From Nitrospirales bacterium (GTDB lineage Bacteria > Nitrospirota > Nitrospiria > Nitrospirales > UBA8639), in the NCBI GenBank assembly GCA_965223295.1, contig CBDCWC010000003.1, positions 32,001 through 96,000 of the forward strand: a stretch of DNA of 64,000 nucleotides, written 5' to 3'. The notes under the pieces are model-generated. The model was not told the DNA's origin. It did not search any database and worked only from the letters and a program-made list of their open reading frames with translations. The stretch's first letter is position 1. Every line of letters begins with the position of its first letter. This document shows, piece after piece, positions 8,155 through 20,722 of the stretch. A program made the position numbers and the translations under genes.

Positions 8155-9174
8155 TTACTGAATCAACATAGTATCGCCATAACTATACATGCGATATCGT
8201 TCTCGCACCGCATGGGCATAGGCTTCGCGAACAATTTCCACTCCGGCAAAGGCAGACACTAACATAAGCAAGGTGGTCTCTGGAAAATGAAAATTGGTCA
8301 TTAAAATATCCACGACTTTAAATTGAAAGCCTGGCAAGATAAAGAGTTGTGTTTCCCCAGAACTTGCTTGTATTTCTCCTTGTTTATTCGCGATTGATTC
8401 CAACGTCCGTGCCACAGTTGTTCCGACGGCCACAAGTCGCCCACCATGGTCCCGAACGTTCTGGATTTGTTGAACGACCTCTTCAGACACCTCAAACCAT
8501 TCAGCATGCATTTTATGCTCTTCAACCACATCGGTTTTGACGGGTTGAAAGGTGCCTGGCCCCACATGCAAGGTGACCTTCGCACAAGCGATGTTGTTGT
8601 CAGACAAGGCTTGCAGGAGCCTAGGGGTAAAATGCAAGCTAGCCGTCGGTGCGGCCACCGCGCCTTCTGCTTGTGCAAAGATTGTTTGATAGTCTTCACA
8701 GTCTTGGAGGACGGGTTCTCTCTTGAGATAGGGCGGAAGGGGCATCTCACCATGTTGGCGCAAATACATTTGTAACGTTCCCGGCCCAAGCCAATGGATC
8801 ACCGTCCCTCCGGGTTGTTTTTCGACAACCTTCGCCTGGCCCGTTTCCTGAAATTCTATCAACTGCCCCACCCCTACACGGCCTTTCAGAAGCACGAGTG
8901 CATGTGTGGTATCGATCTCTTTGACAAACAACATGTCAATTTGTCCGCCACTGGGAACTTTTCTCCCCGAAAGACGAGCCGGAATCACTTTGGTGTCGTT
9001 CACCACCAGCAAATCACCCGGTCGAAGAATTTCTGGCAGGTCTTTGACTTGGCGGTCAGCAATCTCACCGTGTTTTCGATCGAGCACGAGCAAACGTGCG
9101 TGATCCCTCGGAGCAATGGGATGCTTCGCAATGAGGGATGGATCAAACGGAAAATTAAAATCTGAAAGATTCAT
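8155..9174 (-). CDS. queA: S-adenosylmethionine:tRNA ribosyltransferase-isomerase
   Basis: NDTKVIPARL, PLPPY, YQTIFA, AAPTASLHFT, LHVGPGTF, TNFH. Confidence 0.95.
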   Translation of the reverse strand: MNLSDFNFPFDPSLIAKHPIAPRDHARLLVLDRKHGEIADRQVKDLPEILRPGDLLVVNDTKVIPARLSGRKVPSGGQIDMLFVKEIDTTHALVLLKGRVGVGQLIEFQETGQAKVVEKQPGGTVIHWLGPGTLQMYLRQHGEMPLPPYLKREPVLQDCEDYQTIFAQAEGAVAAPTASLHFTPRLLQALSDNNIACAKVTLHVGPGTFQPVKTDVVEEHKMHAEWFEVSEEVVQQIQNVRDHGGRLVAVGTTVARTLESIANKQGEIQASSGETQLFILPGFQFKVVDILMTNFHFPETTLLMLVSAFAGVEIVREAYAHAVRERYRMYSYGDTMLIQ

Positions 9175-9195
9175 GACCAACCAATGGGAAATGCT

Positions 9196-10482
9196 TCAAG
9201 GTTGGTTCGCTGGAGTAAGATCTACACGGCTTAAAGAAAGAAGTCTGGTGTCGGGATAATAATGACGTAAGATGGATTGATAATCGTACCCTAACTGAGC
9301 CATTTCCCGCATACCCCATTGACACATACCCACGGCATGTCCAGCTCCATGGCCAACCACTTGCACCTGAGATCCAACTGATGTAATAGAAAAATTGGTG
9401 CTGAAGATTTTGGAATATCCCACAATGCGTCGCAAATCTTGCCCTCGCACAATAATTTCTCCGAGAGAATGCAGTAGACGTATGCGATCAACCCGGCCAG
9501 AAGGGGTAAACGTATATGGCGTCAACGTCGCAATGGCCCCAACTTGATACCCTTCGTTTCTCAGCTGAAACTCTAAATACTCTAATGTAAATGAGGTCTG
9601 CCACTCATAACGAGGCGCTTGCTCATCAAAGGGGCAATCCACACCTTTCAAATACGGAAGGTCCAAAGCCCATACATACAATGCGTCTTCTGTGGGCCCG
9701 GCTGTCGTTGAAGAATAGGCTGCATAAATAGGACGACGCTCAAATGTCACGACCTGTCCCCTGGTCTCGGATACGGCTTGAAGCACGGATTCCTGACGAG
9801 CCGCATGGCCATGATACACCTGGTCTTGAACACTGGCGACCACATCAAAGAGTTGATCCTGATTCTCGATTTGTTTATACAACACATAAGTACGAGCCGC
9901 GACGGCTTGAGCTTTGAGTGCCTCAAGCGGCCACTTTGGGCTGACTTCCCCTGAAACCACACCTGCTACATAGGTTTCCAGATTAATTCGATTGATGATC
10001 GCAAGGCCCGATGGGGTCTGTTGAATATCTACAGACCCTCGAACAGTCCATTTATTTTTGGTTTTCTGGGTTGAAGAGTTGCTACCACTAGCCAGCACTC
10101 TGACATGGTAGACATCTTCACCTCCCTCTACCAAAAGGGATGAAGCAGAAATCGCTCGGTTATTCAAGAGAAAAGCTTCGCCTTTCCGTGCAATAGTGAC
10201 TCTTGCGGAGATTTTGAAGCGCCTGCCCGAGGGAAACTTCACAAAAAATGGAGACGATGAAGAAATAGCAAGAGACCGCGCCGAATCGGTTAACCCCAGC
10301 CGGATTGCATGTTCAGATGCACCGAAACTCGAAGAGGGAAAGATACATACGGACAAGAAAAGAAGGACAACACTGCAACCAAAACTCAACGACACTTTTT
10401 CACATTTTTCCCCTGGTATGCAGGTGGACTTGGTAAAAGAACCAGGGAGATAAGACGGGAGAAGCCGGAACAATTCGATCAT
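9196..10482 (-). CDS. SpoIID/LytB-domain peptidoglycan lytic transglycosylase
   Basis: LETYVAGVVSGE, EALKAQAVAARTY, DQVY, GHAVGMCQWG, ILRHYY; start codon uncertain. Confidence 0.85.
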   Translation of the reverse strand: MIELFRLLPSYLPGSFTKSTCIPGEKCEKVSLSFGCSVVLLFLSVCIFPSSSFGASEHAIRLGLTDSARSLAISSSSPFFVKFPSGRRFKISARVTIARKGEAFLLNNRAISASSLLVEGGEDVYHVRVLASGSNSSTQKTKNKWTVRGSVDIQQTPSGLAIINRINLETYVAGVVSGEVSPKWPLEALKAQAVAARTYVLYKQIENQDQLFDVVASVQDQVYHGHAARQESVLQAVSETRGQVVTFERRPIYAAYSSTTAGPTEDALYVWALDLPYLKGVDCPFDEQAPRYEWQTSFTLEYLEFQLRNEGYQVGAIATLTPYTFTPSGRVDRIRLLHSLGEIIVRGQDLRRIVGYSKIFSTNFSITSVGSQVQVVGHGAGHAVGMCQWGMREMAQLGYDYQSILRHYYPDTRLLSLSRVDLTPANQP

Positions 10483-10521
10483 GGGTACAGACAGAGCATG
10501 AATCTCAAATGAGTACGCCTT

Positions 10522-11535
10522 TCATTTTAGAAGCGTCTCTGCGATCTGCACAGCATTCAACGCCGCTCCTTTCCGCAAATTGTCCGCCACCACCCAGAGG
10601 TTCAAGCCATTGGGAATTGATTCATCCTCTCGTACTCGGCCCACATACACATCATCCGTTCCTACGACATCGATCGGGAGAGGATACAGGCTTCGACTCG
10701 GATCATCATACACTTGGATACCCGGTGCCGCGGCCAATAACGCTCTGGCCTCATTCGCAACCAGTTTTCGTTCAGTTTCAATATTGATCGATTCGGAATG
10801 GCAGACAAAGACAGGGACGCGAACGGTTGTGGCCGTCACCTGAATGGAAGAATCTCCAAATATTTTTTGGGTTTCATTCACCATTTTCATTTCTTCTTTG
10901 GAATAGCCGGTGGGCAGAAAGTCGTCGATATGCGGCAAGCAATTAAACGCAATCTGATGAGGATAGACTTCCGTCTTGACCTCACTCATTCCCAAAAGTT
11001 TTCGTGTTTGCTCCGCTAATTCTTCCATGGCTTCTTTCCCTGTCCCCGACACCGATTGAAAAGTCGTCACAATAATTCGTTTGATCTTCACCGCATCATG
11101 CAGGGGTTTGAGCGCGACCACCATTTGAATGGTGGAACAGTTGGGGTTTGCAATGAGCCCTTGATGTGTATCAAGCGCTAGAGCATTCACTTCAGGAACC
11201 ACAAGCGGGACTTTCGGGTCCATCCGCCATGCTGAACTATTATCGACCACCACTGCACCAGCTTTGACGGCAATTGGCCCAAACTCTTTACTAATACCTG
11301 CCCCAGCTGAAAATAAGGCCAGGTCGACCCCTTTAAAAGAATCAGATTGAAGAACTTTTACCGGGAGGTCTTGATTGCGGAACGTGACTTCATGGCCCTC
11401 TGATCGAGCAGATGCCAATGGGATTAAATCTCCGACAGGGAACTTCCGTTCTTCTAGAACCTGAATCATCTCTGTCCCGACAGCTCCAGTTGCCCCCACC
11501 ACGGCTACGGTATAGGCTATTTTTTTCGTGTTCAT
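10522..11535 (-). CDS. asd: aspartate-semialdehyde dehydrogenase
   Basis: GATGAVG, DNSSAWR, ANPNCST, DNLRKGAALN. Confidence 0.97.
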   Translation of the reverse strand: MNTKKIAYTVAVVGATGAVGTEMIQVLEERKFPVGDLIPLASARSEGHEVTFRNQDLPVKVLQSDSFKGVDLALFSAGAGISKEFGPIAVKAGAVVVDNSSAWRMDPKVPLVVPEVNALALDTHQGLIANPNCSTIQMVVALKPLHDAVKIKRIIVTTFQSVSGTGKEAMEELAEQTRKLLGMSEVKTEVYPHQIAFNCLPHIDDFLPTGYSKEEMKMVNETQKIFGDSSIQVTATTVRVPVFVCHSESINIETERKLVANEARALLAAAPGIQVYDDPSRSLYPLPIDVVGTDDVYVGRVREDESIPNGLNLWVVADNLRKGAALNAVQIAETLLK

Positions 11536-11544
11536 GTCTGACTA

Positions 11545-12753
11545 TCAGACCGCAATAAATCGAATGCGGTGATTAAAGGTATCAGCGATTGCAATATTTC
11601 CTGAAGCATCGATAGTTACGCCAAAAGGAAAATTCAAAGCACTGTCGGAAGGTCTCATATCGTCACTTGAAAATGCCGCCTGTCCAGACCCCGCGACAAC
11701 ACTCATCTCTTTTTCTTGAGGATTCCATCGCCTGAGCAGATGGTTATCTGAATCAGTAATCAGTACATGTCCTTCCGACGTGACGGCAATCCCATAGGGC
11801 CGCGATAACGCCGTGGCCCGTTCATTGGCACCTCGTTCATAACGGAACTCCTCACCATTTCCGGCGAACGTTGAAATGACTCCTGAATCGTTGTCAATCC
11901 TTCGAATACGCCCATTAAACGTATCAGCCACATAGAGATTGCCTTCTCTATCAAGAGCCAGTCCACTTGGACCAGCCAAACCAGCTTCAACGGCTGGCAT
12001 GCCATCTCCGTTGTAACCCGAATCCCCGGTACCCGCATATGTGGTCACAATCTGCGTTTCAAGATTCAACAGACGAATACGATTATTGCTTTGATCTGCA
12101 ATGTATAAGCTAGACCCATAGATAGCCAATGCAACCGGTTCATTCAGGGAAGTTGTGTTACCTAGACCACCATCCCCGCTCCATTTGGTCTGTCCGGTTC
12201 CAACCACGGTCTGAATAGTTCCAGTGTGAGCATCAACAGAACGAATACGATGATTCAGGGTATCAGCAATATACAACGTTCCATGTTCATCGATCACGAC
12301 AGCCGAAGGAAAATTTAATAACGCCTGCGTAGCCAATCCCCCGTCTCCCGCAAAGCGGTCTCGTCCCATCCCCTGTCCGACTACATAGCGAACGGTCCCA
12401 CTTAAATCAGGTGTTTGCGTGTAGGCTTTATCTGGACTATCGTCGACATCAGCCAAAGGATCGATTTCTTCTACTGGCTGCTCAGATGCAACCTGAGAAG
12501 GAGCCTGTTGAGCTCTCATAGATGATTGAGGAGAGGATCCTGCTACTGTTTCAATAATACCTGATGCCCGCAAGACACGACGGATGACATGATTTTCAGA
12601 ATCAGCAATGTACAGGTTTCCCTCAGCATCAAAACAGAGGTTTTTCGGCTCGTTCAAGCACGCCAGGGTCGCCAAAGCCCCATCTCCAGCGTAACCCGGC
12701 TCACCATTTCCAGCCACCGTGGATAATAGTCCCTTTGGGCATTGATCGATCAT
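11545..12753 (-). CDS. NHL-repeat beta-propeller protein
   Basis: Repeated AGxG..GDGG.A..A.L..P..(D..G.LYIAD..NHRIR) units; start overlaps leuB stop. Confidence 0.85.
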   Translation of the reverse strand: MIDQCPKGLLSTVAGNGEPGYAGDGALATLACLNEPKNLCFDAEGNLYIADSENHVIRRVLRASGIIETVAGSSPQSSMRAQQAPSQVASEQPVEEIDPLADVDDSPDKAYTQTPDLSGTVRYVVGQGMGRDRFAGDGGLATQALLNFPSAVVIDEHGTLYIADTLNHRIRSVDAHTGTIQTVVGTGQTKWSGDGGLGNTTSLNEPVALAIYGSSLYIADQSNNRIRLLNLETQIVTTYAGTGDSGYNGDGMPAVEAGLAGPSGLALDREGNLYVADTFNGRIRRIDNDSGVISTFAGNGEEFRYERGANERATALSRPYGIAVTSEGHVLITDSDNHLLRRWNPQEKEMSVVAGSGQAAFSSDDMRPSDSALNFPFGVTIDASGNIAIADTFNHRIRFIAV

Positions 12754-13832
12754 GCAACCAGCTCTTTTAACTGCTTCACGATTTGATCGCCCATTTCTTT
12801 GGTGCCAAGAAGTGTCGTTCCGGGACCTTCGATATCCTTTGTCCGATAACCCTGCTCCAGCGTTTTTTGAATTGCTTTCTCAATCAATTGCGCCTCTTTT
12901 GGCAAATCACACGCATAGGTCAACATCATCGCCACAGATGCCATCATGCCAATAGGATTCGCCATATTTTTCCCCGCAATGTCTGGAGCACTCCCGTGAA
13001 TCGGTTCAAACATGCCGACCGTAGCTCCAACACTGGCTGAAGGCAGCATTCCAATTGAGCCGGTCAGCATAGCCGCTTCATCACTTAAAATATCGCCAAA
13101 TAAATTTGTTGTCACAATGACATCAAACTGTTTCGGATACCGCACCAACTGCATCGCGCAATTATCCACGTACATATGACGTAATTCCACATCTGAAAAA
13201 TCTTTATGTACGTTGATGACTTCCCGGCGCCAAAGTTCTGAAGACTCCAACACATTCGCCTTATCAATTGAATGCACCAATCCTCGACGTTTTCGAGCAG
13301 CCTCGAACGCCACCTTCGCAATCCGGTGAATTTCCTCCGTCGAATAGACTTCAGTATTAAATCCTCGATGCCCAGTTGCCGTTTCTTCAATGCCTTTGGG
13401 TTTTCCAAAATAAATTCCGCCAGTTAATTCACGAACTACCAGAACATCAATGCCATCGACAACCTCCGGCTTCAAGCTTGACGCTTCAATTAACGGAGAA
13501 TACATTTTGGCGGGGCGAAGATTTGCAAAGAGCCCCAATTGTTCGCGCAAACCCAGTAAGGCTCGTTCGGGACGGCGCTCATAGTCTAAACCTTCCCATT
13601 TCGGACCCCCAACAGCCCCAAGGAGTACAGCATCGCTTGACTTGGCCAACTCCAAGGTTTCCGCTGGCAAAGGAAAGCCTGTGGCGTCAATAGCCGCCCC
13701 GCCAACTTGTGCCGTCGTCAATGTAAACGTCCGGCCACAGACCTCTCCAATCGTCTCCAAGACCCGTACTGCTTGTGGCATAATTTCAGGGCCGATGCCA
13801 TCACCCGGCAACACCGCAATTTGTGTGTTCAT
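12750..13832 (-). CDS. leuB: 3-isopropylmalate dehydrogenase
   Basis: [45 protein letters not shown]. Confidence 0.97.
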   Translation of the reverse strand: MNTQIAVLPGDGIGPEIMPQAVRVLETIGEVCGRTFTLTTAQVGGAAIDATGFPLPAETLELAKSSDAVLLGAVGGPKWEGLDYERRPERALLGLREQLGLFANLRPAKMYSPLIEASSLKPEVVDGIDVLVVRELTGGIYFGKPKGIEETATGHRGFNTEVYSTEEIHRIAKVAFEAARKRRGLVHSIDKANVLESSELWRREVINVHKDFSDVELRHMYVDNCAMQLVRYPKQFDVIVTTNLFGDILSDEAAMLTGSIGMLPSASVGATVGMFEPIHGSAPDIAGKNMANPIGMMASVAMMLTYACDLPKEAQLIEKAIQKTLEQGYRTKDIEGPGTTLLGTKEMGDQIVKQLKELVA

Positions 13833-13983
13833 GACTCCTCCAGCAAACTCAATTCTATGAAAATATGAAAGTCGCCTAAGCTATCGCTATGAATTTCTTG
13901 ACCACAATCAGACCTATTGCGTGATGAGAGATAACGTAAAGACAGGACTTATCGTTGAGGCTTATGTGTGAGGCTCTTTTTGG

Positions 13984-15531
13984 TTAACACAATCCAATTT
14001 TTTGTTCGGCTCTCGCATGACGTTCTATTAAGTCTGCCAATTTATTCAGCGCGTTCAGATACGCTTGTGCAGATGCAATAATGATATCGGTATCAGAACC
14101 ATGTCCGGTCACCACTTCTCCACCTTCTTCAACCCTCACAGATACTTCTCCCTGGGCATCGGTGCCTCCAGTGATAGCTTTCACAATATAGGCCCGCAGA
14201 TGACTTTTCGTTTCTGTCAACGACGCGATCGTATGATAGACAGCATCGACCGGCCCATCACCTGTTCCCGTTTGACTCTTCAACTCTCCATTGATAAGTA
14301 GTTGGACAGTAGCGGATGGGCGTTCGGCCAATCCACTTTCTACCTTTAACCCTTTTAAGGAAAAGCGTTCAGGCACTTTGGTCACGGCCTTATTTACAAT
14401 GGTTTCCAAATCCTCCTCAAACAACTCCTTTTTCTGATCAGCTAGCCGTTTAAATCGTTCAAACGCTTCTTGCAACTCCCCATCTGACAAAGTATAGCCT
14501 AACTTCACAAGCTCTTCCCGGAAGGCATGACGTCCCGACAGCTTTCCCATAACCAGGCGGCTCTGAGTTAAGCCGATCGATTCAGGGCGAATAATTTCAT
14601 AGGTGTTTTTATCCTTGAGCAACCCATCTTGATGAATGCCCGAGGTATGGGCAAACGCATTGGTTCCCACAATCGCTTTATTGGGCTGCACCACCATCCC
14701 AGTAATATTGCTCACCAAACGGCTGGACTTCGAGATTTCTTCGGTTTGAATTTGCGTGTCGGCTTGATAAAAATCTTTGCGTGTGCGCAACCCCATCGCA
14801 ATTTCTTCTAGTGACGCATTCCCTGCCCGTTCCCCAATTCCATTCACCGTACATTCCACTTGCCCGGCACCTGCATGGATGGCCGCCATTGAATTGGCCA
14901 CCGCCAAACCTAAATCATTGTGACAATGCACTGAAATAATCGCCTGATCCACGCCTCGGACTTTCGTACACAACGTCTTGATGATCTCCCCAAACTCTTG
15001 CGGCGTGGTATAGCCCACCGTATCGGGAATATTGACCGTACCTGCCCCTGCCTCAACAACCGCTTCGACCACTTCACAAAGATAGGAGAGAGCTGAGCGC
15101 GTGGCATCCATCGGCGAGTATTCAACGTCGTCCACATAACTTCTTGCATGACGAACCATTTCGACGGCTCGCTTTAAAGCTTGGTCACGAGTCATTCGAA
15201 ACTGGTGTTTCAAATGAATATCCGACGATGATAAAAATGTATGGATACGGCATTTGGGTGCGCCCTTCAACGCTTCCCACGCCCGGTCAATATCTTCAGG
15301 CTTAGCCCGAGCCAAACTACAAATCACCGGACCCTCGACTTCTTGTGCAATACGATGCACGGCTTCAAAGTCCCCCGGTGAGCTGAAGGCAAACCCTGCT
15401 TCAATAATATCCACGTTCAAACGGGCCAATTGTTTTGCCACAAGGAGTTTTTCTTCGATATTCATGCTGGCACCCGGAGATTGCTCTCCATCCCGCAACG
15501 TTGTATCAAAGATCCGAATCATTCGTGTCAT
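13984..15531 (-). CDS. leuA: 2-isopropylmalate synthase
   Basis: DTTLRDGEQ, HCHND, GERAGN, C-terminal regulatory domain GPVDA. Confidence 0.95.
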   Translation of the reverse strand: MTRMIRIFDTTLRDGEQSPGASMNIEEKLLVAKQLARLNVDIIEAGFAFSSPGDFEAVHRIAQEVEGPVICSLARAKPEDIDRAWEALKGAPKCRIHTFLSSSDIHLKHQFRMTRDQALKRAVEMVRHARSYVDDVEYSPMDATRSALSYLCEVVEAVVEAGAGTVNIPDTVGYTTPQEFGEIIKTLCTKVRGVDQAIISVHCHNDLGLAVANSMAAIHAGAGQVECTVNGIGERAGNASLEEIAMGLRTRKDFYQADTQIQTEEISKSSRLVSNITGMVVQPNKAIVGTNAFAHTSGIHQDGLLKDKNTYEIIRPESIGLTQSRLVMGKLSGRHAFREELVKLGYTLSDGELQEAFERFKRLADQKKELFEEDLETIVNKAVTKVPERFSLKGLKVESGLAERPSATVQLLINGELKSQTGTGDGPVDAVYHTIASLTETKSHLRAYIVKAITGGTDAQGEVSVRVEEGGEVVTGHGSDTDIIIASAQAYLNALNKLADLIERHARAEQKIGLC

Positions 15532-15592
15532 GATTTGGGTCCTCCTTGGTGAAATGGCCTATCGTGCTTTCCCGATTCTATTCTCATATTCG

Positions 15593-16378
15593 CTACTTGG
15601 GGAATTCATCTGATTGAACATCAACTTTTGATTTTTCCTCGCTCATTCCTGCAACCCATTTCCATCCCTGCTCAACCACCCCGGACAACGTATAGGAGGC
15701 AAAGACCACAAATAACATGGCTTGAGGATAGGCCAACACAGCCATAAAAATAAGGACGGCATAGACCAAGTAATTAAAGTGATGATGTTCTTGCGCTTTT
15801 AACTCTTTTAGGCTGCGATATCGAAACGTACTCACCATTAAAAATGCCAGAGACAGAGTTAGGATAATTCCCAAAATCGGTTTTATACTTTCGCCTAATG
15901 CCACTACATGATGATCAAAAATTACTAACGTCGCAATTACGCCCGCGGCACCGGGAATAGGCAGACCAGTGAATGGCTTATCATTGTTGCTCGTCGTGGC
16001 CAAGACATTATGCCGCGCCAAACGCAACGCACCACAGGCTACAAATGCAAACATCACAGCTGCGCCCAACATTTTGGGCGTGCTGAGAGCCCAAACATAC
16101 ATCAACAAACCTGGGGCCACACCAAATGAGACCACATCGCCCAATGAATCATATTGCAAGCCAAAGTCACTCGTACTTTTCATCAAACGAGCTGTCGTCC
16201 CATCCAGCACATCAAAGACAATGGCAACCAGGATCGCAACCGCTGCAGCCTCAAAGTTTCCCCCAAACACAAAAAGAATCGCGGCAAGTCCACTAAATAA
16301 ATTGCCAGTAGTCAGAATATTGGGAATCAGCGAGACCACCCGACGTCTTCGTGGCTGCTTCATGAAATTTCCGCGCAT
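15593..16378 (-). CDS. pssA: CDP-diacylglycerol--serine O-phosphatidyltransferase
   Basis: IPNILT; DVLDGTTAR..FGLQYDSLGDVVSFGVAP CDP-alcohol phosphotransferase motif. Confidence 0.92.
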   Translation of the reverse strand: MRGNFMKQPRRRRVVSLIPNILTTGNLFSGLAAILFVFGGNFEAAAVAILVAIVFDVLDGTTARLMKSTSDFGLQYDSLGDVVSFGVAPGLLMYVWALSTPKMLGAAVMFAFVACGALRLARHNVLATTSNNDKPFTGLPIPGAAGVIATLVIFDHHVVALGESIKPILGIILTLSLAFLMVSTFRYRSLKELKAQEHHHFNYLVYAVLIFMAVLAYPQAMLFVVFASYTLSGVVEQGWKWVAGMSEEKSKVDVQSDEFPK

Positions 16379-17025
16379 GGCACCTCCGCTAACACTGACG
16401 ACCCGCCTTTCACTTTGGAGCCAACACCAACCCGAACCGTACTGGCTTCGGGAAGATACACATCCATCCGTGACCCAAATCGAATCAAGCCGAACCGTTC
16501 ACCCTTTTCCACTTGCTCTCCCGGGACCACCCAAGAGACAATGCGCCTCGCAACCAACCCCGCGATTTGCACACACAGTATCTTGACACCATCGGAACGA
16601 CGCAACATTAGGGCATTCTGTTCATTCATATCAGACGCCTCTGGCTGATTCGCCATCACGAATTTCCCTGGTTGATAGACCATATCCTGCACCGTACCCC
16701 CAACAGGCATTCTGTTGATATGCACATCAAATACATTGAGAAAGATACTAATACGAATGCTCTGTTCTTTCAAAAATCGATGTTCAAACTCTGACTCCAC
16801 AGCAACAACCGTCCCATCACCTGGCGAGACCACAACCTGCTCCTCTACAGGGATCGTTCGGGCAGGGTTTCGAAAAAACCATGTGACAAAGAGGGTAACC
16901 AGTCCGAAAAAGAAAGCCACCCACGTTGCTCCCATTGCCCAGGTTCCTAGAGTCAACCCTGCGCCAATGAGAATAAAGGGAACACCTTCTTTGGCGACGG
17001 GAATGCCTTGAGCCCGATCAGCCAT
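16360..17025 (-). CDS. psd: phosphatidylserine decarboxylase proenzyme
   Basis: FFRNPAR, SPGDG, IFLNVFDVH, QIAGLVARRI, FGSR cleavage motif. Confidence 0.92.
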   Translation of the reverse strand: MADRAQGIPVAKEGVPFILIGAGLTLGTWAMGATWVAFFFGLVTLFVTWFFRNPARTIPVEEQVVVSPGDGTVVAVESEFEHRFLKEQSIRISIFLNVFDVHINRMPVGGTVQDMVYQPGKFVMANQPEASDMNEQNALMLRRSDGVKILCVQIAGLVARRIVSWVVPGEQVEKGERFGLIRFGSRMDVYLPEASTVRVGVGSKVKGGSSVLAEVPCAEIS

Positions 17026-17040
17026 ACGTGTGATATCTCA

Positions 17041-18075
<1,035 letters not shown>

Positions 18076-18151
18076 TTAGAAATACGTTTTGGGCCCTGTC
18101 TTCAACAGAGACAGAACACAGACGTTATTTGGTTAAAATGAGGCGATCTGA

Positions 18152-18673
18152 TTAGTTCGCTTTCGCAAGCGGTCGGGGCTGGGCCTGCGCGGGGCGCGTG
18201 GGGTCTCGTCCGATAGCAATCCGGCCGGTCCGCACCAATTCTTTAATCCCAAGCGGTTGGAGTAAATGAATAATGGCTTGGACTTTCCTTACATCTCCTG
18301 TCACTTCAATCGTATAGCTCGTCGGAGAGGAATCCAGAACATTGGCTCGAAAAATATCGGCAATACGCAGGGCCTCGGCACGATCTTCAGGCCGCGTATG
18401 CACCTTAATCAAGGCCGTCTCACGTTCCACAAACTCGCTCTCACTGATGTCCACCACCTTGATGACATCAATAAGTTTATTGAGCTGCTTCATAATCTGT
18501 TCAATAATGCGGTCATCTCCACTCGTGACAAGGGTCATCATCGAAACCGAAGGGTCCAATGTGGGAGCCACCGACAGACTTTCGATATTAAACCCCCGGC
18601 CACTGAACAAACCTGCCACACGAGATAACGAGCCAAATTTATTTTCTAACGTTAGCGAGATAATATGTTCCAT
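18152..18673 (-). CDS. ilvN: acetolactate synthase small subunit
   Basis: ACT domain ENKFGSLSRVAGLFSGRGFNIESL; KQLNKLIDV. Confidence 0.95.
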   Translation of the reverse strand: MEHIISLTLENKFGSLSRVAGLFSGRGFNIESLSVAPTLDPSVSMMTLVTSGDDRIIEQIMKQLNKLIDVIKVVDISESEFVERETALIKVHTRPEDRAEALRIADIFRANVLDSSPTSYTIEVTGDVRKVQAIIHLLQPLGIKELVRTGRIAIGRDPTRPAQAQPRPLAKAN

Positions 18674-18686
18674 AATACTGATGTCT

Positions 18687-20462
18687 CTAGGCAGTGAGCA
18701 CTGTATCCGAACCCGCCTGGGTCGCTTTCTTATGTGTGGATTGCGGTTTCTTTAGATCTTCAGGATCTTCTAACAACATCTCATGATTGCACCCTCCAGC
18801 GGGGATCATGGGATAACAATTTTCATATTGATAGACAGGCACATCGACAAACACTGGCCGATCAATTGCGAGAGCTTCTTGAATCCCTGCATCCACATCT
18901 CCAACCGTTTCGATGCGAAGACCCGCGGCCCCATACGCCTCTGCTAATTTGACAAAGTCCGGCACTGCACCAAGATTACTTGAAGCATAACGCCCTTCAT
19001 AGAATAAATCTTGCCATTGGCGAACCATGCCATGGAAACGATTATTAATCACAAACACCTTAACCGGCAATTTTTCTATCACAGCCGTGGCGAGCTCTTG
19101 AGTATTCATTTGAATACTGCCATCTCCCGCCACACACAACACCAACCGGTCAGGAAACGCCGCTTGTGCACCCATGGCCGCAGGCAACCCAAATCCCATT
19201 GTTCCCAAGCCACCAGATGTTAACCATGTCCGTGGGTTTTTGAGTTTGAAATATTGCGCGGCCCACATTTGATGCTGACCGACATCAGTGGCCAAAATTG
19301 GATCGCGATCTGCCGTCATTTCATATAACCGGTCAATCAGATACTGTGGTTTAATTTGAGCCTCCGGTTCTTGGGTATAGGCTAAGGGATGCTCTTGTTG
19401 CCAAGCGGTAAGCTGATCCCACCAAGGCTTCCGTTGCTCCTTTTGATTGCCATTCACCGTCGCCCGAAGAATATTATTCAACTCAGTCACGACACGTTTA
19501 CAGTCACCGACAATCGGAATATCCACGTGAATATTTTTCCGAATTGACGTGGGATCAATGTCAATGTGAATAATTTTTGCGGTCGGACAAAATTCCGAAA
19601 CTTTTCCCGTCACGCGATCATCAAACCGCGCCCCCACTGCAATGACCAAATCCGAGTAATGCATAGCCATGTTCGCGACATAGGTTCCATGCATGCCTAA
19701 CATACCCAAGGACAATGGATGAGTTCCCGGGAAAGACCCTAAAGCCATCAGGGTCATATCCACAGGAATTTGTGTCATTTCCGCGAGTTCCTGGACTTCA
19801 GCCGACGCTCCTGAAAACTGCACTCCGCCCCCAATATACAAAATCGGCCGTTTGGACTTCATAATTGCATCAGCCGCCTGTTTAATCTTCCATTTACTCC
19901 CATCATACGTTGGGTTATACCCACGAATCGCAACCGATTTTGGATAATGGAACTCTCCAGTATCCATAGAAATATCTTTTGGAATATCGACTAACACGGG
20001 ACCAGGCCGCCCTGTCGATGCGATATAAAACGCCTCCTTAATGGTCTGAGCTAAATCATTCACATCTTTGACCAAAAAATTATATTTGGTACAAGGACGG
20101 CTCAAGCCGGTATTGTCAGCTTCCTGAAAGGCATCATTCCCAATCATTCCGCTAGGAACCTGGCCGGAAAAACACACCATCGGCACAGAATCCATATAGG
20201 CATCGGCCAAGGCCGTAATCACATTGGTCATCCCAGGGCCAGATGTAATTAAGGCAACACCAGGTCTCCCAGTCGCTTTGGCATACCCTTCTGCCATGTG
20301 CCCGGCCCCTTGCTCATGGCGAGTCAAAATGACGCGAATATCTTTTTGCTGATGCAGCACATCAAAAATTTTTAGGACCACACCACCTGGCAACGCAAAA
20401 ATCGTATCGACACCTTCACGTTTTAACGATTCTAGAAAAATTTCTGCACCAGTCAGTTGCAT
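18687..20462 (-). CDS. ilvB: acetolactate synthase large subunit, biosynthetic
   Basis: [36 protein letters not shown]-binding motif. Confidence 0.96.
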   Translation of the reverse strand: MQLTGAEIFLESLKREGVDTIFALPGGVVLKIFDVLHQQKDIRVILTRHEQGAGHMAEGYAKATGRPGVALITSGPGMTNVITALADAYMDSVPMVCFSGQVPSGMIGNDAFQEADNTGLSRPCTKYNFLVKDVNDLAQTIKEAFYIASTGRPGPVLVDIPKDISMDTGEFHYPKSVAIRGYNPTYDGSKWKIKQAADAIMKSKRPILYIGGGVQFSGASAEVQELAEMTQIPVDMTLMALGSFPGTHPLSLGMLGMHGTYVANMAMHYSDLVIAVGARFDDRVTGKVSEFCPTAKIIHIDIDPTSIRKNIHVDIPIVGDCKRVVTELNNILRATVNGNQKEQRKPWWDQLTAWQQEHPLAYTQEPEAQIKPQYLIDRLYEMTADRDPILATDVGQHQMWAAQYFKLKNPRTWLTSGGLGTMGFGLPAAMGAQAAFPDRLVLCVAGDGSIQMNTQELATAVIEKLPVKVFVINNRFHGMVRQWQDLFYEGRYASSNLGAVPDFVKLAEAYGAAGLRIETVGDVDAGIQEALAIDRPVFVDVPVYQYENCYPMIPAGGCNHEMLLEDPEDLKKPQSTHKKATQAGSDTVLTA

Positions 20463-20600
20463 GATCCTCACCTTTTGTTTAAAAGACTGTTGAATGGTAT
20501 GCCCAAAATTCTCGTACTCAAGCTACTCCTCGTACAACCTTCATGTCGTGCTGGTGAGGAACCCTTCTTATAGACGGAATCCCTCAAAAATAAATACGTA

Positions 20601-20630
20601 ATCGTAATCCTTGCTGTTTTTTTAAGTCAA
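20601..20630 (-). promoter_or_regulatory. possible sigma70 promoter of ilv-leu cluster
   Basis: Minus strand TTGACT-N18-TACGAT. Confidence 0.4.
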
Positions 20631-20722
20631 CAAGTATTGTAGCAGGATTTTTGTCATTACGGAATATACGCGAGAAGACCCTTCAGCACCCACCCCACAC
20701 CCAAAAAGGAACCTGTCCATTC

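Noticed and set aside
15969-16586. 205-aa ORF and many other antisense or alternate-frame ORFs within housekeeping genes
   Set aside because: Shadows of well-supported genes, with no recognisable motifs
15593-17025. psd-pssA inside the ilv-leu cluster as a novelty
   Set aside because: To my knowledge this ilvC-psd-pssA-leuA order already occurs in other bacteria, so it is not unusual
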